A stretch of 63,942 nt of DNA, filler included, from Octopus bimaculoides (Eukaryota): assembly GCF_001194135.2 (NCBI RefSeq). It is 8 parts of 8 records of this genome, joined end to end, with 100 filler letters (N's around TTAATTAATTAA, not from the genome) between each part and the next. Parts side by side here need not be neighbours in the genome. Positions count along the whole stretch, not along the records: positions 1 to 28,822 come from NC_069005.1; 7 more parts are not named here. One strand, 5' to 3'. The first letter of the stretch is position 1, and the number at the start of each line of letters is the position of its first letter. Under the pieces are notes generated by a model. It did not search any database. It had not been told where the DNA came from and saw nothing but the letters and a program-made list of their open reading frames with translations. Positions 1 through 13,956 of the stretch are shown in pieces. Both the position numbers and the translations under genes were made by a program.

Positions 1-35
<35 letters not shown>

Positions 36-164
36 TACTACAGCAGTCTCCACAGCTACCGACACCACCACCAGCAACGACCTCTTTCCTTTCCCGAGCA
101 TCTAGTAACACTATCTGTATCACGTCCTCACATTGTTGTTTTTTGTCTTTTCCCTATTTTTGAA

Positions 165-196
<32 letters not shown>

Positions 197-241
197 AGAT
201 ATACACACACACACACTACATATATATGTATGTATGTATGT

Positions 242-570
242 GAAGGCGGTGGCTTAGTGGTTAGGGCATTCGGCTTACAATCGTAAGGTTGTGAGTTTAA
301 TTCCTGGTGGCATGTTGCTGAGTCCTTGAGCAAGACATTTTATTTCACATTGCTCCAGCCCACTCAGCTGGCAAAAATGAGTAGTACCTGTATTTCAAAG
401 GGCCAGCCTTGTCACACTCTGTGTCACGCTGAATCTCCCTGAGAACTACGTTAAGGGTACATGTGTCTGTGGAGTGCTCAGCCACTTGCATGTCAATTTC
501 ACAAGCAAGCTGTTCCGTTGATCATATCAGCTGAGACCTTCATCGTCGTAATTGACAGAGTGCTCCTCCT
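242..570 (+). mobile_element. tRNA-derived SINE, family 1
   Basis: A-box/B-box head tggcttagtggttag...gagtttaattcct; 3' half shared with copies at 12152 and 19576. Confidence 0.8.
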
Positions 571-733
571 ATGGATGTATGTATGTATGCAACATCAATA
601 TATTAGATCAGAAATACAGAAATTTTCGCTATGCTTGAAATGAATATGGTTATAAAAATGTCTCCCTTTTTCGTGCTTAGATACTGAAGGAACCCAAGTG
701 AGCACACATATTTATGTAGGTATGTATGTACAA

Positions 734-773
<40 letters not shown>

Positions 774-2476
774 TGTGTTACATAACAGCCTGAGAGGGAA
801 CCAGTAAATTTGGGGAAGAGGTGCAGTATTAATGATCACATGACTTGCCAAAAACATTTAAGAAGGTTATAAGTACAATATTCTACAAGCCTGAATATAT
901 TTTAATCTGTGTGAAAGTGAATTGCTTGGTTCAGTTAGTAAATAACAAAACACTCACAGTCATAACCAGAACAAATACATGCACACATATGTACACAGTC
1001 ACACACAGATACACATACATTCTCAAGGAAAGAAACAGAGACTGTTTGATCCAACAATGAAACAGGGACAAGTCTAACAAGAAAACATTATTATTAAATT
1101 AGATCAAATCCTTTACAGGGTTCCCCATGCACATATACACACAAGATCAGTGAAATTTAAACTATATAACAAAAAATACAAAAGAATAACAAGAATTTTG
1201 TTCTAGGTCTTTAGAAAAACGTTTTTTTTTTTTTTTTGCTTTGTTCAGAAACAACTTTTGGTAAAAGCTAACCCAGGTAAAGCAAACCTATGATGAAAGG
1301 TCTTCTGGCCATGTCCATCCAGTGAGTCTTTTTAGGAGTGTGTAGAAGTAAATTATCTAAGTGGTCTTTTCTTTATTTAAGATTGTAAGGTGTTATTTGT
1401 GGAAAATTTGCTGCTATTTCTAGAAGGTCGACTGACCACATACACGTTCCTTATTGTTATTTAATTGTGTTAATTTTTTTCCTTTTTGACATCTCTTCTC
1501 AAATGATTTCAGTTTGCTCTTACAAAAACAGAAATTAAACTATTTTCCAAACATTCACAAAACATTGGTGAGATGGTCTACGGACGACTTTCTCCAAACA
1601 TTCTTACATCCTCCTAATGTTCTTCAGCCAACAAGGGAATATCTATATGGTTGTTAAACCAACAAGATATAGTGAAATTTTCATCAAATTACACCATAAC
1701 ATCTTAAATAAAAACACACAACATACAAAAACACAGGATGGCCACAACTGGAAAGATTTTGATCATAGGTCTGTTTTGCTTGGTCTATACTGAACTGGAG
1801 CTAACTATAACAAATCTAGCACACAAGGTCATTTTAGCTGAGTTATCTGCCACACTTTTGGGCTTTCAATGAGCATGCCTGATATATGAGACACACAAGC
1901 AGCAGCAGAAGGAGGAGGCAGTGGAGGAAGACAAGGACAAGAAGCAGCAGTAGCATCAGTAGTAGTAATAGTAGTAGTAGTGGTAGTAGTTTTACAAGCC
2001 AGTTTGTTTTTACTGCTAGATAGCTTGCTTTCAGTGTCCATTAGTTTAAACAAGCTGAGTTGACTGGAGAAAACATACCAGACCAAGCTAGACTGGACTG
2101 GACTGGACAGGACCAGCAGGAGTAACAAAAGAAATAATAATAATAATAAATGACATAAACACTAACTAAAATGAGGTCAGGTCAAGTGAGGTCATGTGAG
2201 GTGAGAGAGAGAAGAGTAGAGAGTTCAAAGTGAGACAAAATAACAGCAGCATTGGTTGGACAAAAGAACTGAATCAGAAGAAGGCAGAAGGTAGTGATGA
2301 CCCCTGCTCCTCACCACCCCTCTTTTGAAGAGCAGTCTGAGTAACCATTGAATACCACCCACCTTTGCTGACCCACTTTCACTGAGAGACCACTGAGCAT
2401 TTCCATCCTCTCTGAGGATCAGTATGAGCAACTATTGAGCACTCCCTTTCCCAATTTGAGCATCAGTGACTGTTGA

Positions 2477-2578
2477 CTAAGATGATAATAGGGAGAAGTG
2501 TTCAGTTAGTTGTTCCACACGTCGTTTACATTTCATTTTCAGCTGAAGAGAGTCCAACTTGTTGATAGGAAGTTCAAT
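2477..2578 (-). CDS. PLEKHM2: PLEKHM2-like terminal coding exon: IELPINKLDSLQLKMKCKRRVEQLTEHFSLLSS-stop
   Basis: Strong pyrimidine tract ending tctcag, in frame, TAG at 2477-2479. IELP resembles VDLP. The seven exons total 1014 nt = 338 codons. Confidence 0.78.
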   Translation of the reverse strand: MELPINKLDSLQLKMKCKRRVEQLTEHFSLLSS

Positions 2579-2699
2579 CTGAGAGAAAGAGAAAGAGAAT
2601 GAGTGAAAGAACATGATGAGGTAATATATATAAAGAGATGGAAAGGGAGAAGAGTACAGATTGTGAATACTTACATATATACATACATTTATGTGTGTA

Positions 2700-2743
<44 letters not shown>

Positions 2744-3058
2744 TGTATGTGTGTGTGTGTGTGCCATCATCATCTATTAATGCCCACTTTTCCATGCTTG
2801 CCTAGATCAGACAGAATTTATTGAAGCAGATTTTCTATGCCTGGATGCACTTTCTGTCACCAACTTGTTTCCAAGCAAGGTAATATTTTCCCAAGGTGAT
2901 GTCTAGACAAAGGTAAAAAACAATACACACACACACACATCAAAGGGATGTGAGTTCAATTCTCATGGCTGGTTGCTGACAGATTTTTCTGCTCTGTAAG
3001 GTTTTATTCTATATATGGTGTTCTATCAGTATTTATGTGTTGAAAAATATATCTGTCT

Positions 3059-3112
<54 letters not shown>

Positions 3113-3261
3113 TTGCAAGATTCTTGATGTGAAATCGTGTGTTGAAACAGATATTGTTGTATTTGGGGATGGTCATGTTGTCAGTTTAGCCAATAAAAAC
3201 ACACACACTATATATTTGCTGTTAATTTGATTCAGCTTTATATTACATTAATTGTATTTCA

Positions 3262-3304
3262 GCCAGAGTTCTTTCATCACACTTCTGTGACCTCATCAGT
3301 GGTC
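3262..3304 (-). ncRNA. Degenerate PLE-type type I hammerhead motif
   Basis: Minus strand ACCA CTGATGA G GTCAC agaagt GTGAT GAAAG AA CTC^TGGC. Core present, short stems I and III. Confidence 0.55.
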
Positions 3305-3659
3305 CTTTGCTTTCTTCTTTCTTATATGTGTGTCCCTCCTTGCTAACGATAGCTATTTTGTATTTTGTATTCCTAATGTATGTGTCTATATATGCGCATT
3401 CGTATCCCTCTATGTGTGTCTATGTTTGTCTATGTTTTGTAAGTGTATGTGTGTGTACGGGGAGTGCCTGTATTATCTGTATCCCCTGTTAATACATGTT
3501 CGTTTAAGTTTGTTTTTATTTATTTGTTCATGTGTTTATACCTATTTTTTTGTGTTGTTTTGTTTGTTTTTTGTATTTAATTTAATTTTGTTAACATATG
3601 TAGTTATTTAATTCTATTTGTTTATCTATGTATTGTATTATATTTTGTTCATATTGTTA

Positions 3660-5760
3660 TTGGTTTATGGGGATTTTATTGTCATATGTTGTGGTTTGTT
3701 GTGGGTGTGTGCTAGTGTTCCATTCCAGTTTCCTATTNNNNNNNNNNNNNNNNNNNNNNNNNNNNNNNNNNNNNNNNNNNNNNNNNNNNNNNNNNNNNNN
3801 NNNNNNNNNNNNNNNNNNNNNNNNNNNNNNNNNNNNNNNNNNNNNNNNNNNNNNNNNNNNNNNNNNNNNNNNNNNNNNNNNNNNNNNNNNNNNNNNNNNN
3901 NNNNNNNNNNNNNNNNNNNNNNNNNNNNNNNNNNNNNNNNNNNNNNNNNNNNNNNNNNNNNNNNNNNNNNNNNNNNNNNNNNNNNNNNNNNNNNNNNNNN
4001 NNNNNNNNNNNNNNNNNNNNNNNNNNNNNNNNNNNNNNNNNNNNNNNNNNNNNNNNNNNNNNNNNNNNNTACTGCATCGTCCCTCTGTACATCTTATACT
4101 ATAGACCACATTTCTGGCTTTACAGTTTGTGGGCTAAATCTACATACAGTACAGTTCCTATCAGTGCAGGGGTTTCTACTAAAAGGGTAGGTTCTACCGA
4201 TAAGGGATTTGATAGGGTTGCCTGGCCTTTCAACAACCTTAATTCTTAGCTTAAGTTTGTCTAGGGCCCTTCTAAAGCGGTATGCCAGTTCGCCTCTAGT
4301 GGTGGTGTCGACGAACATGATGCTCTGGTATTTGTGGCTATCATACCATGAGTTGGCCTTCCCTATTTTCTTCTTAATCCTTTCAATGGTGTTCCATGAT
4401 TTGCTCCTATAAAGTTGGCAAATCACATTCCTATCATTATGTTTGATGGTTTCAGATTTCCTCATAGCTCCTTTGTATACTCTGATCCTTTCTTTATGGC
4501 TGTAACCTGAGAACTGCATGCGGTGAACGAAATGTTGTATATGTCTCTTTAACTCTGTAGGGTCACACATGCAGGACACATTTCGCATTACTCTGACGAG
4601 GTCTACCATCAATGTATTGAATTTGGCATTGTCCGCGATAGCTGTGTTCCGGTGGATCGGGTATTTGGAGGCCATAGGTTTGGCATAGTGTGAATGAAGG
4701 ATTTGGGTTTTATTATTCTCAGTTTCCAGCCAAGGTAGTCTATGGTTAGGGTGTTTAGTAGGGTAGTCTATCATGACCTTTATACTCTGGTGGATGGAGT
4801 TAGCTATTTGCTTGACATATCGAGAGTACATATTCACGAGTATGGAGTTCTGTGTCAGGCGTTCCTTGAGCCTTCTGTCCCATCATACCATGAAGAGGTT
4901 GGCCACATCACCGGCGATACTAACACCCACAGCTGCCTCCTCGTCCTGGGCGTATATTCTGTTGTTAAACTTAAACGTGTGGCCTTTTAGGGTAACTCTT
5001 ATACTAGCTCCTAGTGCATGTGCGATCATTTTCTTTACCTGATGAACATTTGCGGGGGTCCGTATGGCTCTGGTCCATCCGCTCCATCTCTTTATAGGGG
5101 TCTTCCTAGCCATAGAAGTAATTGTGGGTGGTCTACCTCCTAAACGTCTACTAGTGCAGAAACTTCTAAGGTCGTGTTTATCTAGATATACATCGTCATA
5201 TGTCAATCTAAGTAGGAGGCCCAGTTCTTCTGTGTTGACATTGCGGAACTCCACTTTGCTCTTTTCCAAGGCAAAATCCACGTCGAGAGATGGGTATAGT
5301 GATACCACATTCATGCTACCCACTATACATCCTGTCAGGTCGCAGGTGTTGTTACAGTCGTTGATCCTGCTGAGGAGATCTTCCGTGCTATCACAAACAT
5401 CAGGTGACATCCGGATTAAGGAGCGTATGATCATTGAGAGGAAGTAGGAAATCCTGTAGTTGCTAGCGATATTCGCTCCACAGACTGGTCTTGTTGGTGG
5501 TACCGCCACAGGATCAGTAGTTACTTTGTGGTCCTTGCGAAGTCCATACAGTGTGGAGATATCGTTGTTCCAGGCTTGCAAATTGTTGACTGTGCGTTTC
5601 TGGGGTCCAAGAAGAATTGTCCACATCATCATGTGGGCGTTGAGGACCTTTTCTCTCTCCTCATGCGCCTGTAAAGTTGTTACTTTCGTATTGGCGATGT
5701 GAGGTTGCATTGCCTGGATATAGTTCGGTAAGCTGTCTATTGACATCCTGCTGTAATTCA
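3660..5760 (-). mobile_element. Penelope-like retroelement, decayed RT plus C-terminal Cys-rich linker; endonuclease mostly lost in an N gap
   Basis: ORF 4883-5839 has VGSMNVVSLYPSL...FKFNNRIYAQ...GVSIAGDVANLFM. ORF 4094-4837 has HFVHRMQFSGY...IKVVERPG...NPCTDRNCTVC. NRKLEWN follows the gap. Frameshifts present. Confidence 0.8.
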
Positions 5761-5947
5761 ATGAATGCGAAACAAAGAACTGCCAAAATTTTTGCAATAA
5801 GAGTATGAAACATGAACATGAGAGGCGATGCCCTTGCATAGACCAAAATACTTACTTTGTAACTCTCAAGAGACAGAATCACTCTAGAAAATTCTCAACA
5901 AAATGTTTGTAACCTCTCCAGTTTTTGATTAGCAATTTCTTTAATCA

Positions 5948-5979
<32 letters not shown>

Positions 5980-6048
5980 NNNNNNNNNNNNNNNNNNNNN
6001 NNNNNNNNNNNNNNNNNNNNNNNCACACACACACACACACACGCACGC

Positions 6049-6088
<40 letters not shown>

Positions 6089-6123
6089 ATACAAACAATA
6101 ATCAAATGAAAGGTGACAATTAC

Positions 6124-6243
6124 CTGAAACAGTTTCTTCCAACAGTACATGAGTTTGTTAATAAATTTGGTCTTTTCTTTGTCTGAATTGAAATATAATA
6201 TCCACTGTTCTGAACTGACACCATCTTCCTGGGACTCAAACTC
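6124..6243 (-). CDS. PLEKHM2: PLEKHM2-like penultimate coding exon: EFESQEDGVSSEQWILYFNSDKEKTKFINKLMYCWKKLFQ
   Basis: Acceptor tgtccacag, donor gtaatt, 120 nt, phase 0/0. Spacing EF...W.LY....E...W...Q as in the PLEKHM2 C-terminus. Confidence 0.85.
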
Positions 6244-6460
6244 CTGTGGACAAACAAACACATAGTTATAGTAATTTGAAGTGAAACAGACTTGTGGAAA
6301 TATCAATAGGTAGGAGAGAGAGAGAGAGAGTGAAAGAGTATATGAGTATATGTATGCAAATATGCATGTATGTGAATGTACACATACATATAGTAGTATG
6401 TTAGTAAGTATTATTTCATACAACATAATTCTATGAAGTCATTAGGTAAGATAATTACTC

Positions 6461-9400
6461 ATCATCATCATTTAATGTCCGTTGTCCAAGCTGGCATGGA
6501 TTGGACAGTTTGACTGGGCTGGCATGTTGGAAGGCTGCACCAGGATCCAGTCTTATTTAGCATGGTTTTCTACGGCTGGATACCCTTCCTAACACCAACC
6601 ACTCTGAGAGAGTAATGGATGGTATTACATGCCATCAGCACAGGTGCCATTTGCGTGACACTGGTATCTGCCATGATTGCAATTTTGCTCAGCTTGATGG
6701 GTCTTCTTTTCAAGCACGCCATAATGCCAAAGGTCTTGGTCATTGCCTCTGTGGGGTCCAACACTCGAAAGGAGTTCAACCACTTTGCTTCCATGAGGCC
6801 CAATGCTCAAAAGGAACTCAGCCACCTTGTCTCCATGAGGCCCAATGCGCAAAAAGGAACTTATGCACATTGCCTCCATGATACCCACCACTCGAAAGGA
6901 ACTCAGTCACTTTGCCTCCATCAGGCCCAATGCTTGAAAGGTACTCAGCCACTTTACCTCCGTGAGGCCCGACGTTCAATGGTTGACTTTTTTACATGCC
7001 ACCAGCATGGTTGCATTTGGCTTGATGGCTTCTCTTAAGCAGAGCATATCACCAAAGGTCTGTCACTAGTCATTGCCTCTGTGAGGATCAAAGTGTTTGA
7101 AGGTCATGCTTCACTGCCTCATCCCATGTCTTCCAGGGTCTACATCTACTACAGGTTCTCTCCACAGTTAGAGATCGGCACTTCTTTACACAACTGTCTT
7201 CATTCACACGCATCACATGACCATACTAGCACAGTCGTCTCTCTTGCACACCACATCTGATTCCTCTTATAGCTAGCTTTTCTCTCAAGATGCTTACACT
7301 CTATCGAACATGCACACAGACAATGCACATCCAGCAAAGCATATTGGCTTCATTTCTTTCAAGCCTAATCCTATTCTCACAGCTAAGCTATTGGAACAAT
7401 CATTTCCACTACTAACCTAGTCACCAAGATACTGGAAGCTATCTACTACCTCTAGCTTTTCCCCCCTGGCAGTTGATGGAGTCTATTTTCTGCACATGTT
7501 CAGCATCTGTTATGCCTGTGCACCTTCCACATACAAAAGTTTCACTGTTAACTTATCTTTGATGTTGCTGCACCTTTTGTGTGTCCAAAGCTTACACTGG
7601 GTGCATCTTATGGAGTTTCTACCTACACCTTTTCTACAGATTGAGCAGGGCTATCTACCTGAGAGGATTTGCGATTTGTTTTAGCTAGGTGAACTCTAAA
7701 GCCCTTTGATTCTAGACCTTGCCGCCATACCCGGAACTTCTCTAGTTCTGGTAGTGATTCTGCTATAAGAGCAAGATCGCCAGAACAGAGGAGCTCCCAG
7801 GAGCAACCTGTCTTGAATTCCTTTGTTATTGTCTGGAAGACAATGATGATCAAGAGGGTGCTGAGCACTGATCCTTGGTGAACCCATACATGTACCCTGA
7901 ATTCTTCATTGTACTCATTGCCAACCCTCACCTTACTGGTAGCATCCCTGTACATGTCTTGTATAGCTCTCACCAACCACTCATCTATCCCTAGTTTCCG
8001 CATTGACCACCAGATAAGGGATTGGGGGTCCCTGTCAAAGGCTTTCTCCAAGTCAACAAAGGCCAAGTACAGAGGTTTATCTTTGGCTAGGTATTTCTCC
8101 TGCAGCTGTCTTACCAGAAATATAGCACAAAACCAAACTGCATTTCATCTAGACTAACTATCTCTGTAACTTTCATCACCTGATCCAACAATTTGATACT
8201 TCTGTAATTATTTCTATCTAAGGCATCACGTTTACCTTTGTAGCAGTTGACTGTGATGCTGCTACACCAGTCATTGAGCATGACTCCTTCATTGACCACC
8301 TGATTTACAATAAAGGTGATGAGACCATAACCCACACCACCAGATATTTTAAGCATTTAAGCGGTGATACTTGATGGGCTAGGGGCTTTCCCTGCCTTCA
8401 TATCCTTAATTGCTTTATCTACCAAGTTACTGTCGATTCAAATAGCTAGTCCCTCAGTTCGATCAACATTTGGCAGACTCTCTTCTTTCCATTCATTTTT
8501 CACATTCAGCAGTCTTTCATAATGGCATCTCCAAGCCTCTTTCTTTGCAGACCCATTAAAAGCAAGTGCACCATCATCCATGTGGACACATTTCTCTCCT
8601 ATGATGTCACAATTTTCTCTCGCACACTGTCTTGCAATCCAAAATACCTCAGTTCGTTGGTGCTAACGGTGTTGTACATAGGCAAACTTCTTTTCTGCTT
8701 CTCCCCTGTATAGATATACTTGTCTCCTAGCTTCCCTTCTGGCTATCTGATACAGTTCCTTGCTGCCCCCACTTTTCCAGGCCTGTTTCTTTGCCTTAAT
8801 GGCCCTGTCTACAGTATTGTTCCACCACCACTTCACCCTGGGTCTGGAAGGGACTTTGCGCTGCCATAAATTTGGTCTGTGGCACTCAGCAAGCTGTTCT
8901 GCAGGATTTCCACATTGCCTTCTATATCACAGGTTTGTAGCTGCTCTTCTCTCCCATCAAATTTCTCCTAAATCAAATGTCCCTAAATCTCTGACCATAT
9001 GAATGGTCGTTAAGTTTCCTTCTTTTTCAGATTGGTCTGCATCTCGGCAGCCTTTTGGCCTGGAGTCAAAAGTCGCTAATGACTAGTCTTTGCTAAGGGA
9101 TACATTCTTCACCAGAGAGAGTCTTTGCATTGAAGAGCAACCATGCATCCCTTGGTATGGTGAGAATGAAATGTATCTGGCTACCAGAGTCACCTGATTG
9201 ATAGGTTATCAGGTGGCTGGCTGGCTTCCTGAAGTTGGTATTGCAGATCAAAGGTTATTCGCATCACAGAACTCCAGTAGCCTTGTTCCCTTTTTGTTTC
9301 AGAAAGGAATTCCATGGCCCCTATGAACACCATGGAAAATACTGGGCTGCCATCTGACATGCCCATTGAAATCCCCAGCCATGAAGATGAGATCCTTGTC

Positions 9401-9830
9401 ATCCGTCTTAGAGGTAGTCTGCAGGAGGATATCATAAAAGTGGTCCTTCTGTTCATTTGGTAGGCCCGCTTCTGGGGCATAGGCAGATATAATTGTAGCT
9501 ATGCTATTCTGCAAGACTAGCCTGAGCTTAAGTACTCTATTGCACACTCTGACTACCTCTATGAACTTATCCACCCATTTCTCAGCAAGAAGTATGCCCA
9601 CACCACCTACTCCACCACAGTTACCTTCGCAGAAGATTTTATATCAATGTGTCTTGCCTTTGAGGAACCTGTCTGAAGTTCCTCTCCACCTAACTTCTTG
9701 GATGCAACATACATGAACATGCCTCCTTTCAAGCATCTCTACAATCTCATTAGATCTACATTGTGCCTACATTTACAGTGCCAACTCTGAAAACTGGGAA
9801 AGGAATGTGGTAGGAAACATGGGAAGGAGA
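6461..9830 (-). mobile_element. RTE-clade LINE, near full length, decayed (APE endonuclease + RT + 3' UTR with gat tail)
   Basis: APE motifs IISAYAP and AGDFNGHV (9299-9601). RT motifs AFVDLEKAFDR and VHQGSVLS (7623-8066). 3' end ...ggacattaaatgatgatgatg near 6461. Confidence 0.9.
6767..6980. repeat. About 42-nt minisatellite, 5 degenerate units, in the RTE 3' UTR
   Basis: Repeated gaaaggaactcagccactttgcctccatgaggcccaatgctc-like units. Confidence 0.85.
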
Positions 9831-11189
9831 GATGTTATTTAGCACCTGAAAAGAAGGTTTCCATGATCATTTGATACCAAACATGTGATAACAGTTGCTC
9901 TTATCATTCAAACAAGTTAAAATTGTTACCACTACTGGGGGTGAGAGTAAGGTAAGCAGTGTAAATATAAGCGTTGCTGCAGCTGCAAATATAGAAATAA
10001 ATATGGCAATGTTGAATTAAGTAAGTAAATGTGCTGCTATTTGGTTGGGTTAGTCCATTATATATATGTATGTATATATATATCTAGAAAGAGAGAGTGA
10101 GGGGCGATAAAAAGAGGGAGAGGGTGAGAGGAAGATGGTTTGGAAGGGAGGGAAGGACAGAGGTATGCAGAAGTAAGGCAGAGCTCTGTGGAGGTTTTCA
10201 GTATGAAAGAAGAGGGAAGAGATTTCACAGTAAAGAGAAGAGATTACCGGCATGCAACATAGGGGATTTCCAGTATTGGTGAGTGGGAAAGGAGGGGTGC
10301 ATCGTGAAAAAGAAATGTAAGTACAGGCTAGCTTCGCCTAAGGGTTACAAACTGAATTTAAGGAGCGTTTAGCATGTTAGTAATACAAGTTAAATAAATG
10401 AATGAAGAGAAATGATAAACGATTAAAAAGCGAGAGAATTTCTTAGCTTAGTGGTTGGACATTTTGTGTTGTGATATGATGGTGTCGAATAGCAGGAAAA
10501 AAAAAATGTATATGTAGTTTGATAAGTGCTAATGCACAAAACTCTTGGAACTTGAGTCACTGTTGCTTCTGCTAAATATTGATAAAAATAAACATATACT
10601 CATATTTTGAGTTCTATTTTTCCTGTTTGCATCAACATGCCTATATATGATACTAACACATGGACGTAGTGGGGAACCTACAAAAATTTCTAAGACCAGT
10701 CATGTGACTATCCTCTACCAATCAAATCCTATTCAAAACATATACTAATTTGAGCCATGAACTCCCTATAAAGACAGGGCAAACTTCAAACACTAGTCAG
10801 AAACAAGGCAGCTGTGACATGAGCCACGTCTTTCTATTTGAACTTTTTAAAAATCAGTGTAAACTGTGAAACCAGTTAAAGCTTCAAATATATTAATAAA
10901 AAATATGTTAACTATTCTCAGTGCATTCAACTTCTATTTTTCCTATATCTCTACCCGTATGGAATAAAATAAGGTTTTCTATCCACAAAGCCAAAGCCTT
11001 TGTATAGAGCTCATCAGACTCTATACAAAGACAAAAATTTAAACTTTGTAAGTTGCGGATGTGAAGAAACGCTCAGAAATCGAGATTTAAGTCTCAACAT
11101 ACAAGAACATTAATGAGGACAGGTTGTCTCCTCTGAACCAGAAGATAAAACAACCCTTATAGACATGAAAATGCCTAACCAGCAAACAG

Positions 11190-11627
11190 GGAGATCCAAT
11201 TTTCTAGTTGGTAGCGCTAGAAGTGGACACATTTAGAGAAAACTCCATTGTGACTATTTAACGCGCCAGGTTTAGTATAGTCCTTAAGAATTTTGGCTCT
11301 CTCCGCAATGCAGATTTTGCAATGGCCACACCCATTAATATATGGGCCTGGATGATCTAGTATTTTCCAAGTGATATCACATGGGGTCTCTTGATCTTTG
11401 ATCACATAGCAGGCCAGGGATGTGACAAACCATCCTTCTGGACTCTGAAGGATGACTGGTAGTTGCAGAAGCAACATTTGAAAGATGTACTGGCTGATAC
11501 AATATATAAACAAACTTGAGATGAAGCTATATTTGCACTCCTAGTATATCTCTGATAGGTTCCGGGCCTGTGTATGCTGTTGGTAACACTATTGCTGATG
11601 CAGTCAATATGGTACAATGATCTGGCA
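11190..11627 (-). mobile_element. Penelope-like GIY-YIG endonuclease fragment
   Basis: YIVSASTSFK...NYQSSFR, ITWKILD.PGPY.NG...CKICIAERAKIL...LNS...CVH; frameshifted and cut by an N gap. Confidence 0.75.
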
Positions 11628-12075
11628 GTGTGCTTCTTTTCTGATATATGTTTTATTGATTTTATATNNNNNNNNNNNNNNNNNNNNNNNNNNNNNNNNN
11701 NNNNNNNNNNNNNNNNNNNNNNNNNNNNNNNNNNNNNNNNNNNNNNNNNNNNNNNNNNNNNNNNNNNNNNNNNNNNNNNNNNNNNNNNNNNNNNNNNNNN
11801 NNNNNNNNNNNNNNNNNNNNNNNNNNNNNNNNNNNNNNNNNNNNNNNNNNNNNNNNNNNNNNNNNNNNNNNNNNNNNNNNNNNNNNNNNNNNNNNNNNNN
11901 NNNNNNNNNNNNNNNNNNNNNNNNNNNNNNNNNNNNNNNNNNNNNNNNNNNNNNNNNNNNNNNNNNNNNNNNNNNNNNNNNNNNNNNNNNNAAGGGGAGG
12001 TAATTGGTTATCATTGTTATTGTTACTGTTGTGGGCAAGGGAGATAACTGTTCAGCTTTTGGTAAGGGGAGGGGA

Positions 12076-12106
<31 letters not shown>

Positions 12107-12151
12107 AATAAGTTTCAAAACACTTGTTTAATGAGGGGATTTATGTACAGT

Positions 12152-12445
12152 TGCGTGGCTTAGTGGTTAGGGTATTCAGCTCACGGTCGTTGTGTCCTCA
12201 AGCAAGACACTTTATTTCACGTTGCTCCAGTCCACTCAAAAATGAGTAGTACCTGTATTTCAAAAGTACCTGTATTTCATAGCCTTGTCACGCTATGTGT
12301 CACGCTGAGTCTCCCTGAGAACTATGTTAGGGGTACACGTGTCTGTGGATTGCTCAGTCACTTGCACATTAATTTCATGAGCAGGCTGTTCTATTGATGA
12401 TATCAGCTGGGACCTTTGTCGTCATAACTGACGGAGTGCTCCTTA
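12152..12445 (+). mobile_element. tRNA-derived SINE, family 1
   Basis: Homologous to 242-570. Confidence 0.8.
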
Positions 12446-12491
12446 CAGTGATATAATCGTGAATTAAAATATGTAAAAACATAAAAGTTGG

Positions 12492-13140
12492 TTATGCGTG
12501 CATATTAAGACATGTTCTGTATTTTTCAATGAAATGAGTTTCTTTATTTAAACGTTCTTGTGGAAAGATTGTGTCTTTGCAATGGTAGAAGGGGTAGACT
12601 GTGAAATTTGGTTTGATATTATCTGCACATTTTTCTATATGTTCACTGAGTGGAATTTGCCTGTATTGCAGGAAAGAGATTTGCTCTTTATGTAGAGTGG
12701 TTCTCCGTCTCAAGGTCATACTCATCTGTCCAATATAGTTGTGTCCACAACCCAAGCAGGTTATTACATAAATTAGGTTCTCAGAGGCACAAGTGAAACT
12801 AGTTTTAATTGTGAACTTCTGTCCTTGTTTGAAAAGGAAATCTGAACCTTCAAGTAATTTGGGGCAGGTTCCACAGTTTGGGCGTCCACATTTTTTAACC
12901 ATTGGTTTCGTGGTTGTTTTGTAAAGCTTCACATTTGTTAGCAGTCTCTTTAGCGATTTGTGTTGCTTTTTGCATTTGATGAGTCTGTGCGTTTTCAGGA
13001 TGTCATTCATCTTTGGATCTCTAGTTAGTAATGGGAGATTTTGCTCAATAGTATTGAATGTCTCACTGTTTCTGGGGTTGTGTGTTGATATAAACAGTAG
13101 TGTTTTTAAGATGAGGTGTGGTGTTATGTTTTGTTGTCCT
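12492..13140 (-). mobile_element. Penelope-like element 3' fragment with intact GIY-YIG reading frame
   Basis: KCGRPNCGTC...FTCASENLIYVITCLGCGHNYIGQ...LRRRTTLHKEQI...KETHFIEKY...LN. Confidence 0.88.
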
Positions 13141-13956
13141 TAGTGTTTTTATGTCTAATTTTTTGGCACATTTCAATATTTGTTTTGTATGTATACACAT
13201 AAGTACCTATATATTTTGCATTTTTTTAAATGTAGATAGTATTTAAGGTTTTACAAATATTGTCTCCCTTGCACCAATTACAAATATACACCATTTCTGT
13301 TTTTAGATTTCCTCCTTACGAAAAACATAACACTATTTTCGCCATAAACTAAATATGTTGAAGAAATAATCATTTATATTTAAAAAAAACTTTTTTCAAT
13401 GCGTAATATAGATCAATTCCACATTTTAATACATCTTTACTCAAGTTTTTATGTATTTCGTAAAGTTCTTTTTTTATTCATTTTGAAAAGTCATCTATAT
13501 GTTTTTAGATAACGAAAGTGACATATAATAACTATATTGTTTATGGATTGTTGATTTTTATGTAATACTTAAATGAAAAACTATTAATCAATCTCACATA
13601 CTAGTCTTAGCTTCCTATTTACTTAAAAACAGTAGAAATGACAGTTGATGGTTAGCAAATCTTTAAATATAAATTTCAGATAACATATAACTGTTTCTTT
13701 GGTATTTCTGAACATGCATACACATACATTTTAACCAGTATTTTCTATAGTGAGTTTTTTAAAGTAGATATGTATTTGATTTAATAGCAAGGAAGTCAAA
13801 ATTTTAAATATTAGATATGTAACCACCCAAGTCCTTCAATATCTTTAGTCTCAATTCAAATAATTGTGAGTGGAAGAATGAATATACAAATACCTGAAAA
13901 ATTCTATGTATATTTTAAGCATCTTTTTGTTTATTTTTTATTTTACTTAAATCTCA

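Noticed and set aside
5850-5950. Possible extra PLEKHM2 exon with a gtaagt donor
   Set aside because: No pyrimidine tract, a stop in the obvious frame, and the flanking exons already join in phase.
10997-11030. CTGATGAG (minus strand) inside a perfect 12-bp inverted repeat
   Set aside because: No properly placed GAAA, stem III or cleavage triplet was found; not called a hammerhead.
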